Position numbers and translations under genes: made by a program. From Candidatus Eiseniibacteriota bacterium (GTDB taxonomy: Bacteria; Eisenbacteria; RBG-16-71-46), in the NCBI GenBank assembly GCA_963707915.1, contig OY970178.1, positions 3,072,001-3,136,000 of the forward strand: a stretch of 64,000 bases of DNA. The letters run 5' to 3'. How positions within the stretch are numbered: the stretch's first letter is position 1; every line of letters begins with the position of its first letter. Of this stretch, positions 41,341 through 49,662 are shown one piece after another. A model generated the notes under the pieces. It searched no databases. It was not told the DNA's origin and was given only the letters and a program-made list of their open reading frames with translations.

Positions 41341-41969
41341 CTGGATCCTTCCTTGCGGGGGCCCGGCGCGCGGCGCGCGCCCGCCACCCTGAAGTCGCCG
41401 AGCATGTCCTGGGCGAGCAGCGAGACCAGCCGTTCCGTGCTCATGACCCGTCCCCAGCCGAACAGCGTCTCGTGGTCCTCGCCGGAGCGGAAGTGCACAC
41501 CGGCCCACAGGACCCGGCCGCTCGCGGCCTCGACCAGCCGCAGCGTGCCGCCCACGGCGGGCACGTCCAGGTCGCCGCTGCGCAACCGTCCGCTCTCGAG
41601 CACGCTGCCCATCAGCAGGTAGGGGGCGCGCAGGGCCTCGCCCAGCTCGCGGACCTGCGCCGGCGTGAGCGAGCCGCCCGAACGGATGCCCAGCGAGTCC
41701 ATCGCCTCGTCCACCTGCCCGGGCTCGGCCATCTCGAGGGCGCCGCTGGCGACCAGCTGGGCGAAGAACACCTTGCTGAAGAGCGCGCCCTGCTCCTCGC
41801 GGCCCGCGAGGTTCTCGAACGGCACGAGCGCGGCGCGCGGGTGGTCCGCGGGCACGGTGCCTCCGGCGGAGCGACGCAGGGCCGGTGCGCTCCCGGCGCA
41901 CAGCACCGCCAGGCCGGCGAGGACGGCGAGCCGCAGCCCGATCGCGATGCGCCCGTGACGTCGAGCCAT
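41337..41969 (-). CDS. CsgG/PelC/GNA1162-like exported protein
   Basis: AALVPFENLA...LGEALRAPYLLMGSVLE...P.VGGTLRLVEAASGRVLW. Confidence 0.75.
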   Translation of the reverse strand: MARRHGRIAIGLRLAVLAGLAVLCAGSAPALRRSAGGTVPADHPRAALVPFENLAGREEQGALFSKVFFAQLVASGALEMAEPGQVDEAMDSLGIRSGGSLTPAQVRELGEALRAPYLLMGSVLESGRLRSGDLDVPAVGGTLRLVEAASGRVLWAGVHFRSGEDHETLFGWGRVMSTERLVSLLAQDMLGDFRVAGARRAPGPRKEGSR

Positions 41970-41971
41970 GG

Positions 41972-42562
41972 TCAGAACGCCCTCCCGCGCAGCCGGGCCA
42001 CGAGCTCGTCGCAGGCGTCCTGCGTCAGCCGTCCCAGCGAGCGCGAACTCTGGCCGAGGACCGGGATGCGGCTCTTGCCGCGCTTCGCGATCGAGGACCG
42101 CCAGACCACGTTCCCGGTGTTGGCGTCCAGCAGCTCCGCGTCGAACGACAGGACCGGGATGTCGCCGTTCTCCGTGCGCTGCATGGTGTACTCGCTGACC
42201 GCGCCGCGCAGCACGCCGGTGGCTCCCAGCCGGAGGGCCACCTCCTTGAGCTTCTGCAGGTCATACGTCCCGTCCGTCTCCGGCATGACGTTGTCCTTCA
42301 GCAGGGCGGTGCGGAACTCCTCGGGCTGCACGATCTGGTAGCGGTCCGTCATGATCAGCGAGGTGATGAAGGCGCGCGTGACGCGCGGTCCGGCCAGCCC
42401 CTCGCTGCTCAGGTTGGTGAACGGCAGCACGGCGATCCTGGTGTAGAAGGCCATGTCCGCGTCGGGATTCAGGTAGACCCGGGAGACCGGGGCGCAGGAG
42501 AGCAGGAGCAGGCCCAGGGCGGCGGCCGCCATGCGTGCCAGAGGATGGTGCTTCCCGGCCAT
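41972..42562 (-). CDS. CsgG/PelC/GNA1162-like lipoprotein
   Basis: Lipobox LLSC; IAVLPFTNLS...LGATGVLRGAVSEY...AELLDANTGNVVW. Confidence 0.8.
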   Translation of the reverse strand: MAGKHHPLARMAAAALGLLLLSCAPVSRVYLNPDADMAFYTRIAVLPFTNLSSEGLAGPRVTRAFITSLIMTDRYQIVQPEEFRTALLKDNVMPETDGTYDLQKLKEVALRLGATGVLRGAVSEYTMQRTENGDIPVLSFDAELLDANTGNVVWRSSIAKRGKSRIPVLGQSSRSLGRLTQDACDELVARLRGRAF

Positions 42563-42563
42563 G

Positions 42564-44213
42564 CTACCTCCAGAGACTCTGGGACAAGGTCGCGCTCACC
42601 TGCCGGGCGCGGGTGGGAAGACCCGGGTCCGCCTGAGTGTAGCGAATCGTGGCGTGCAGGTCGCGGTTCAATGCCACGGCGAGCCAGGCGCCGTAGGCCT
42701 CACGGCCGGCCGTGAGCGACGTGCCGGGGTCGCGCAGTTGCTGGTTCGCGCGGGTGTAGGTGCCGCTCGCCTGGACGGTGCGCGAGGGGGTCCACTGCAC
42801 GCTGGCCTGCAGCGTCGAGCGGTCGGGCGCGTTGCGCACGAAGCCCCCGGCGCGGCCCCAGCTGCCGCTCGCCTGCAGCTTCTCCGAGGCCCGCCAGTCG
42901 AGGCTCGTCGTGTAGGTGGTCGAGGCCGGGCCGTCGCCCCGCAGCGTCGCGCCGGTGCGGTAGCGCCGCAGGTTCGCATTGAGGGTGACGGTGCGCAGCG
43001 GCACCGCGCGCAGGCCGGCGGCGGTCTGCAGCGTCACCAGGGTCGCGGCCGGGCCGGTTTCGAGGCCCGCGCTGGGGCGGTCGGCCCTGGAGAGCGAGGC
43101 CTCGCCGAAGGCGTCGAACCCCTTCGAGAGCCGCATCCGCGTGTTCGAGCGGATGCTCTGGACCGGGCGGGCGCGGTCGCCGGGGAGCCAGTTCCACGAC
43201 TGGTTCGCGCTCGCTCCCAACCTCCACCCGGGCCGGGCGTCGCCCTCGGCCGAGGCCGACGTGCTCAGGAAGCTCTCGGTCTCCTCGCTGCCCGCGACGT
43301 TGACGCTGCGCACTCCGCCGCCGCCGGACAACTGCACCGCCTTCCAGGGCCGGTGGATGACGCTGAGTGAGCCGTCGTGATCGACCTCGGTCGTGGTGGC
43401 GAACTGCGTGGTGCCCACGCTCCGGAAGCTGTAGGCGAGACTGGCAGAGGTCCGCTTGGAGATCGCCAGCCCCCCGTTCGCGGACGCGCTGTGCACGCGC
43501 GAGGTGGCGTCATGGGCCCCGTCGACCTGCCTGCGCGACTGGTTGTAGTCGTACTGGAGGACGGCATTCGCACGCCGGTTCTCGAGGCGCACGGTCGAGC
43601 CGGCGTTGACGTTCTCCTCGCTCCCGGTCCGCCGCCGCGCGCTGCGGTCCTCGTTGGCCAGGTCGCCGTAGCCCGCGTGGAGGTTCAGCCGCCCCAGGTC
43701 GTAGTTGGCCATCAGGCTGCGCCTCACGGCCGCTGTGCCCGGGAACGGGCCGCTCGCATCCTGGTTGCGACGGTTCCACGAGGCCGACAGCTGGGGAAGC
43801 CCGGCCCGCTGGAAGTAGCCCGTCAGGTTGGTCTCCTGCTGGCGGGTCGTGAGGTTGCGCGAATCGACGACCGTGATCGGCCGGTAGGAGCCGAACAGCC
43901 CGAACAGCGGATGGGCCAGGCGCAGGGAGCCCTGCGGGAGGATCTGGCGGTCGGGTCGTCCGATGGTGCGCTGGTCGGTGAACTGGAACCGGGACGAGAG
44001 CTCGTAGGCCTTGCGGAAGCGGCGGGAGTAGTCGAGTTGCACGGAGGTGAGCCACCATTCCACGTCGTTGGCCGGGTCCAGCAGGCTGAGCTTCGAGTAT
44101 TGCACCTCGGCGACTCCCCGGATCTTCTGCTGGGCGTCAGCGGGCCCGGCGAGCAGAACGGCCGCCATCGATGCCGCCACCAGCCCCGCCCCCAGCGCTC
44201 TTCGCCGCATCAT
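42564..44213 (-). CDS. Large outer membrane beta-barrel
   Basis: ATGA overlap with upstream gene; signal peptide ending ADA; about 520 aa of alternating beta-strand pattern. Confidence 0.75.
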   Translation of the reverse strand: MMRRRALGAGLVAASMAAVLLAGPADAQQKIRGVAEVQYSKLSLLDPANDVEWWLTSVQLDYSRRFRKAYELSSRFQFTDQRTIGRPDRQILPQGSLRLAHPLFGLFGSYRPITVVDSRNLTTRQQETNLTGYFQRAGLPQLSASWNRRNQDASGPFPGTAAVRRSLMANYDLGRLNLHAGYGDLANEDRSARRRTGSEENVNAGSTVRLENRRANAVLQYDYNQSRRQVDGAHDATSRVHSASANGGLAISKRTSASLAYSFRSVGTTQFATTTEVDHDGSLSVIHRPWKAVQLSGGGGVRSVNVAGSEETESFLSTSASAEGDARPGWRLGASANQSWNWLPGDRARPVQSIRSNTRMRLSKGFDAFGEASLSRADRPSAGLETGPAATLVTLQTAAGLRAVPLRTVTLNANLRRYRTGATLRGDGPASTTYTTSLDWRASEKLQASGSWGRAGGFVRNAPDRSTLQASVQWTPSRTVQASGTYTRANQQLRDPGTSLTAGREAYGAWLAVALNRDLHATIRYTQADPGLPTRARQVSATLSQSLWR

Positions 44214-45613
44214 CGAGCATAGTTGATCGTGTACGACTCGGGATCGTGACACGTCGGCGAGCAGGTGCCGCCGCTGGCCGTCTCGGTGTAGGAGCCGATG
44301 CCCGGGTTGCGCCCCGTGGCGATGAGATGGCGCTGGTCGGGCGAGCCGTGCGTGACGTGGCAGGCGTAACAGGGGACGTGCTCCTCGCCGACGTGCTCGG
44401 CGTGGCCCTTGTCCACCCCGGGCTTGTTGAACCGCGAGAGGGCCCTCGTCGCCTCGGGCGCGCCCGGGTCCGCGTAGACTTCGGGGGTGTGGCAGGCGAA
44501 GCAGATCTCGCCGGTGCTCATCGTCCGCGGCTGGGGCGAGGCGGTGTAGGGCTGCGTCAGGATGTAGCGGTACGAGGAGCCGTGCGGCCCGCGCGTGGAC
44601 CCGACGAAATCGCTGCCGTGGCAATCGCCGCAGCGCGTGAGGCTGGCGGCGCTCCAGCCGGGCGCGAACGCGCCGGCCGGGATCCCCGGGTTGCGGCCCG
44701 CGGCCTCGACCGGGTGGAACGACTCGTTCGCCGGGTTCAGGACCAGGGCCAGGTCGGTCTGCCCCGAGGGCTGGCTGGTCCAGGACGAATGGCACTTGAA
44801 GCAGAGCTGGTATTCCGCCACCGGCGCGCTCAGCGTATCGGAGCCGGCGGCGAACGTGAACGTGGGGGGCGTGCCCGCCGGGCCGTTCTGCACCAGCACC
44901 CGACTCACGCCCAGGTTGGTGCGCGAGAGCCCGGGGGCGGCCGGCGTGGCGGGCCGGTCGGCGCCGGCCACGTGCGGGTTGTGGCAGTCGACGCACTCGG
45001 AGTGGCGCGCGTTCGCGGGCGAGACCCCGAAGTCGGCGGGATCGGATTCGGCCGGTCCCTTGTGGCGCCCGGAGTAGAGCCGCACCGGGTGCCGGTAGAC
45101 CTTGGCGAGATCGGCGCCGATGTTGGTGGAAGCGGGCGCGCCGTCATGGCAGGTGAGGCAGAGAGTCTCCTCGCGCCCGATGGCGAGCGCCGGGATCAGC
45201 CCGCCGGCGTCCGACCAGCCGTGCGGGTCGTGGCAGTTGAGGCACTTGCCCTCCGCGCCCGGCTCGGTGCGTGGCGGGGGGGTGGGCCCCGGCCAGGCGG
45301 TCCCGGTGGCCGTGCCGTGAGAGGCGCCGGAGTACACCCAGGGCCCCGCGTAGCTGCCGGCCGTCCAGGGCTTGTCGTGGCAGCGGTCGCAAAGCGAGTT
45401 GTCGTCCGGGCCGAGCAGCGCGTGCCCGTAGACGACATCCCCCTGGCCGTGCACGGTGTGGCACTGGTCGCAGTCGCCCGCGTGCGCGCCCTGCGCCAGG
45501 AGCTTCTCGACGCCGGCGGGGGTGCGATAGGGATGCAGGGGCTGCGCTCCAGTCGCCAGCAGGCACACCAACGCCAGCCCCGCGAGGCTCGAGACGAGAT
45601 CCCTCGGTCGCAT
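44210..45613 (-). CDS. Multiheme cytochrome c, 9 CXXCH + 1 CX3CH
   Basis: Signal peptide; CDQCH, CDRCH, CLNCH, CLTCH, CVDCH, CFKCH, CGDCH, CFACH, CYACH, CSPTCH. Confidence 0.9.
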   Translation of the reverse strand: MRPRDLVSSLAGLALVCLLATGAQPLHPYRTPAGVEKLLAQGAHAGDCDQCHTVHGQGDVVYGHALLGPDDNSLCDRCHDKPWTAGSYAGPWVYSGASHGTATGTAWPGPTPPPRTEPGAEGKCLNCHDPHGWSDAGGLIPALAIGREETLCLTCHDGAPASTNIGADLAKVYRHPVRLYSGRHKGPAESDPADFGVSPANARHSECVDCHNPHVAGADRPATPAAPGLSRTNLGVSRVLVQNGPAGTPPTFTFAAGSDTLSAPVAEYQLCFKCHSSWTSQPSGQTDLALVLNPANESFHPVEAAGRNPGIPAGAFAPGWSAASLTRCGDCHGSDFVGSTRGPHGSSYRYILTQPYTASPQPRTMSTGEICFACHTPEVYADPGAPEATRALSRFNKPGVDKGHAEHVGEEHVPCYACHVTHGSPDQRHLIATGRNPGIGSYTETASGGTCSPTCHDPESYTINYAR

Positions 45614-45692
45614 GCTGCCCAGATTAGCCCAGCGCGTCGAAAACCTCACGCTGCCCACCCGTCCCGGCCTGGAAGTGGATGCCCGATGGACA

Positions 45693-45725
45693 TCCGGCCG
45701 ACTCCGGGATGCGGAGCCGGCCGGA
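45693..45725 (-). terminator. Intergenic stem-loop after omcS-like gene
   Basis: 14-bp stem that is complete only on the minus strand (one G-U pair); no U-tract. Confidence 0.55.
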
Positions 45726-45746
45726 CCTTGCCCGATGTTGCGAGGC

Positions 45747-46820
45747 TCAGGGGATGATCGCGACCGGGTTGCCGGCCGGGAAGCTGCCCTGGGTGTGGCA
45801 CTGACGGCACAGGTCGCGGTACTCGCCGCCGTCACCCTGCTCGGTGATGTCGGTCGGGGTTGCGGGCGTGTTGGGACCGGTCGTGGTGTTGTCCACGAAC
45901 CAGATCAGCCCGAAGCCGTTCTGGTTGCCGTGCGACTTGTGGCAGGTGAAGCACGACGGGGTCGCGGTGGCGGTCGAACCGTCCCACTGGCCCAGCCCGT
46001 CCATCAGCTTGACCTTGTGCGTGTGCAGGTTCAGCTGGGTGCGGTTGCTGGTGCTGAGGTCCACGCCGGCCGTCGGGTGACGGACCACGCCGTCGACGGT
46101 CTCGATGTTGGCGTCCGCCGGTGAGCCGTGGAAGGTCGTGTGGCAGGCCTGGCACCATGCGCCGTAGGCGCTCGTGGTCTGGCTCGGCTCCTGGTAGTTG
46201 ACGTTGTTCCAGCCGTAGCCGCGCGCGGCCGCCTCGTAGACGTCCTTCGTGTTGGTGGGCGTCCCGCCGATCTCGTAGGAGACGAACCGGTTGTAGAAGG
46301 CGTTGGTGCTGCGCGTGCTGCTCTTCAGGTTGCGGTAGTTCGCCGCGCCGTGCGCGGAGTGGCAGTCCGCACAACCCAGGCCGCTCGCGCTCACGGGCGA
46401 AGTCGTGCCGCTGAAGCCCGGCGGCGTGGCGGTCGACCACAGCGTGTGGCCGTCACCGACGGAGTAGCCGGCGTCGTTCGTGTAGCCGTGGCCCGACTCG
46501 ACGTTCAGCGCACCGGCGAGGCGGCCGTTCAGCGGGGCCGCGCTCGTGGTGCCGAGCACGTCCGGAACGTCCGTGCGACCGTCGTGGCACGAGAGGCACA
46601 CCGCGTTGACCGACGACTGGCGCAGCAGCTTCGCGAACGGAGCGCCGGCGCCCGGAGGATTCAGCTCGCCGGTCTCGGGGTAGGTGTGCGACTGCTGGCC
46701 GTGCATCACGTGGCAATCGCTGCAGACCAGCAACTGGCCGACGTGATAGTCGCCCGACAACGCGACGGTCGTGAGACCGGCGAGGGCCAGGACGACGAGG
46801 GAGAGCAACAGGCGCTTCAT
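45747..46820 (-). CDS. OmcS-like hexaheme cytochrome (nanowire subunit candidate)
   Basis: RBS GAGGAG; Sec signal; YHVGQLLVCSDCHVMH, CLSCH, GH...PPG..LGCADCHSAHG, WCQACHTTFH..RHP, CFTCHKSH, YRDLCRQCH. Confidence 0.8.
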   Translation of the reverse strand: MKRLLLSLVVLALAGLTTVALSGDYHVGQLLVCSDCHVMHGQQSHTYPETGELNPPGAGAPFAKLLRQSSVNAVCLSCHDGRTDVPDVLGTTSAAPLNGRLAGALNVESGHGYTNDAGYSVGDGHTLWSTATPPGFSGTTSPVSASGLGCADCHSAHGAANYRNLKSSTRSTNAFYNRFVSYEIGGTPTNTKDVYEAAARGYGWNNVNYQEPSQTTSAYGAWCQACHTTFHGSPADANIETVDGVVRHPTAGVDLSTSNRTQLNLHTHKVKLMDGLGQWDGSTATATPSCFTCHKSHGNQNGFGLIWFVDNTTTGPNTPATPTDITEQGDGGEYRDLCRQCHTQGSFPAGNPVAIIP

Positions 46821-47085
46821 GAGTTTGCTCCTCGTGGTGGTGGGGGATGCTTCGGGTTCGAATCTTCAGGAGTCGGGTCTGAAGGTAACGAGCGAGTTGC
46901 GCTGACCCCCCTTTCGAACCCGGGAGTGGGAACGAGTGCTGGTCCAGCGGCGTTTCGCAGGACCGTGCTCGATTCGAACGGACCTTCCTGAGCCTTCGGA
47001 TCGGGCGGGAGGCGGGAGGCGTTCTGCCTCCCTCCGTCACCCTGCGTCTCGACCACGAGTGACTCAGGACGTTGAGACGGGAACG

Positions 47086-47114
47086 ATGATACGGTAATGT
47101 GAACTGCGCGTCTA
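47086..47114 (-). promoter_or_regulatory. sigma70-type promoter for omcS-like operon
   Basis: Minus strand TAGACG-17 nt-TATCAT. Confidence 0.5.
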
Positions 47115-47378
47115 GGTGAAAGTACTGATGCGAGGTCCGCAGTCCACCTGTGGTCTGGTGTTCTAAAGTACCATGTGCCATCTAGATACGTAGACTAATG
47201 GCTATCAACGACATGAGTCCGCTTCTGGGAACGGATGGTCCTTACCGGCGCTTGCCGAATCAACTGGAGTCTGAAATCCTCCGTCGACTAGGCCATTTCC
47301 CGCTCTTGTGTTCCATAAAGAAACGATTGGTTGGATGGTCTTCCGCCCGTCGAGTGACCCATAATTCCGAGGGAAGTC

Positions 47379-49589
47379 GTGAATCTTGGTGACCTGCTGC
47401 TGAAGCTCGCATTCCTGCTCGCGGTCCCGGCCGCCTTCCTCTTCTTCCAGGACGTCCGGGGCCGCCGCGGGCCCGCAGCGGCTGAATGGATGTTCGGGCT
47501 CCACTCGGCCGCCATCCTCGGCGCGGTCGTCACGCTCTGGGCGCTCTTCCTCGGCCACCGCTTCGAGTACGCCTACATCGCCGAGTACAGTTCCCGCGCC
47601 CTCTCGCCCGCGCTCACCTTTGCGGCCTCCTGGGCCGGGCAGGAGGGCAGCATCCTGCTCTGGGCACTGCTCATGGCGCTGGTGGGCGTCGCCCTGATGC
47701 GGCAGCCGGGGCCGCTCTCCCGGCCGGCGATGTTCTTCGTCGCGCTCGCCCAGCTCGGCCTGCTGGTGCTGCTCCTGGTGCGCAGTCCGTTCCGCGTGAG
47801 CCACGTCACCCCGGCGGACGGCCAGGGCCTGAACCCGCTGCTCGAGGATCCCTGGATGGTCGTCCATCCGCCGGTGCTCTTCGTGGGGTACGCGGCGATG
47901 GTGGCCCCCTTCGCCCTGGCGGGCGCCGCGCTGGTGCTCGGTCTGTGGCGCGAATGGAACCGCGCCGTTTGGCCCTGGGTGCTGTTCGCGGTGCTCTCGC
48001 TCGGAACCGGCATCGCCCTCGGCGGCATCTGGGCCTACAAGGTGCTGGGCTGGGGCGGCTACTGGGGCTGGGACCCGGTCGAGAACGCCTCGCTCGTGCC
48101 CTGGCTCGTCGCGGTCGCGCTCCTGCACGGCCTGTTCATCCAGAAGACCACCGGTGGGCTGGTGCGCAGCAACCTGCTCATGGCGTTCCTGGGATGGCTC
48201 ACCGTGCTCGGCGGGACCTACCTGACCCGCAGCGGCGTGCTGCAGGACTTCTCGGTCCACTCCTTCGCCGACTCGGGCCTCAACGTGCCGCTGATCGTCA
48301 ACCTGGCCGGCGCCCTGCTGATCGCGGCCGTGCTGCTGGCCTGGCGCTGGCGCGCGATCGAGTCGAGGCCCACCCGCTGGACCAGCGTCTCGCGCGAGGC
48401 CGCGCTGTGGGTCGGGCTCGTCACGGTGCTGGTCTTCGCGGCCATGGTGACCTTCGGCACGATCGCTCCGCTGCTCACCTCGCTGGCCGGCCGGCCCGCC
48501 AGCGTGCGCCCGTCGTTCTACCAGTCGATGAGCGTGCCGCTCGGCGTCCTGCTGGTGCTGGTCATGGCGGTCGCGCCGGCGCTGCGCTGGTCGCGGCAGG
48601 TGGGGTTCGGCTGGCTCACGGCGCTCGCCCCGGGGTTCCTGTGCGCGCTGCTGGCGTTCGGGGGCGCGCTCCTCACGGGCGTGCGGGACGGGGCGCACCT
48701 GGCGCTGCTCGCCACGACCGGGTTCGCCCTCGGGATCAACGCGTGGATGACCGTGAAGCTGTTCCGCCGCGGCTGGAGCTACGGCGCGGGCTACCTCGGG
48801 CACGCGGGGCTCGCCATCATGATCCTGGGGATGGTGATGTCCACGGCGCTGGGACGCACCGAGCGCCTGACGCTGCGGACGGGCGAATCGGGGCAGGCCC
48901 TCGGCTACACGATCACCTACCGCGGAGACCATTTCGATCCGCGCGGTGGCCACCAGCTCGACGTGCTGGTGAGCCGCAAGGGCTGGAGCTTCGAGGCCCG
49001 CCCGCAGCTGCTGAAGATGCCGCAGGGCGAGGGCAGCATGCACAAGCCGGCCATCAGCGGCCGGCGCGAGCTCTACCTGTCGCCAGTGGACGTGCAGCGG
49101 CTGGAGAGCGACGCGGACCGGATCGTGTGGCTGCCGCAGGGCCAGGCGGTGCCGGCGCTGGGACTGACCTGGACCTTCGTGGGGTTCCGGATGGAGTCGC
49201 ACGAGGCCATGCAGGTCCTGGCCGACATCGATGTCCGCCGGAGCGGGCCGGCGGTGCGGATCTCCCCCGGGATGCGCGCCGACGCGCAGGGGACCCGGGC
49301 GCTGCCGGTCGAGGTGGCCGGCCTGGGGCAGGTCACGGTCGAACGGATCGACGCGGATCGCAAGCGGGTGGGTGTGCTGCTCCCGGGTGCCGGGGCGGCG
49401 AGCCAGGCGGTGCTGGAGTTCAGCACCAAGCCGCTGGTCAACCTGGTCTGGGTGGGCGCGCTCATCACCCTGCTCGGGGCCGCGCTGGCCGGCCTGCGCC
49501 GTGCCATCGAGGTCGTGCCTGGCGCGCGACGCCGGCGGGCCGCCGCCGCTCCGGCCGCTCCAGCCGTCCCGACCGGCGGGGCCCGGTAA
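47379..49589 (+). CDS. ccmF: Cytochrome c maturation heme lyase CcmF/NrfE family
   Basis: WAGQEGSILLW, GLNPLL..PWMVVHPP, WAYKVLGWGGYWGWDPVENASL, LTRSG...SVHSF, GHAG, KPLVNLVW. Confidence 0.92.
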   Translation: MNLGDLLLKLAFLLAVPAAFLFFQDVRGRRGPAAAEWMFGLHSAAILGAVVTLWALFLGHRFEYAYIAEYSSRALSPALTFAASWAGQEGSILLWALLMALVGVALMRQPGPLSRPAMFFVALAQLGLLVLLLVRSPFRVSHVTPADGQGLNPLLEDPWMVVHPPVLFVGYAAMVAPFALAGAALVLGLWREWNRAVWPWVLFAVLSLGTGIALGGIWAYKVLGWGGYWGWDPVENASLVPWLVAVALLHGLFIQKTTGGLVRSNLLMAFLGWLTVLGGTYLTRSGVLQDFSVHSFADSGLNVPLIVNLAGALLIAAVLLAWRWRAIESRPTRWTSVSREAALWVGLVTVLVFAAMVTFGTIAPLLTSLAGRPASVRPSFYQSMSVPLGVLLVLVMAVAPALRWSRQVGFGWLTALAPGFLCALLAFGGALLTGVRDGAHLALLATTGFALGINAWMTVKLFRRGWSYGAGYLGHAGLAIMILGMVMSTALGRTERLTLRTGESGQALGYTITYRGDHFDPRGGHQLDVLVSRKGWSFEARPQLLKMPQGEGSMHKPAISGRRELYLSPVDVQRLESDADRIVWLPQGQAVPALGLTWTFVGFRMESHEAMQVLADIDVRRSGPAVRISPGMRADAQGTRALPVEVAGLGQVTVERIDADRKRVGVLLPGAGAASQAVLEFSTKPLVNLVWVGALITLLGAALAGLRRAIEVVPGARRRRAAAAPAAPAVPTGGAR

Positions 49590-49662
49590 GCGGTCAACTT
49601 CGGCGTGTCGGTGGCCGATAACCCGAGAGCCGCGAGATCGACTCCGGGAGGATGCCACGACG

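Noticed and set aside
46821..47080. GEMM-I cyclic dinucleotide riboswitch
   Set aside because: Consensus elements (GGCAAAC...GAAA...GACGCAAAG) not found; kept only as an unidentified structured leader
47165..47181. Minus-strand TGGCAC as a sigma54 promoter
   Set aside because: No GC at the -12 position
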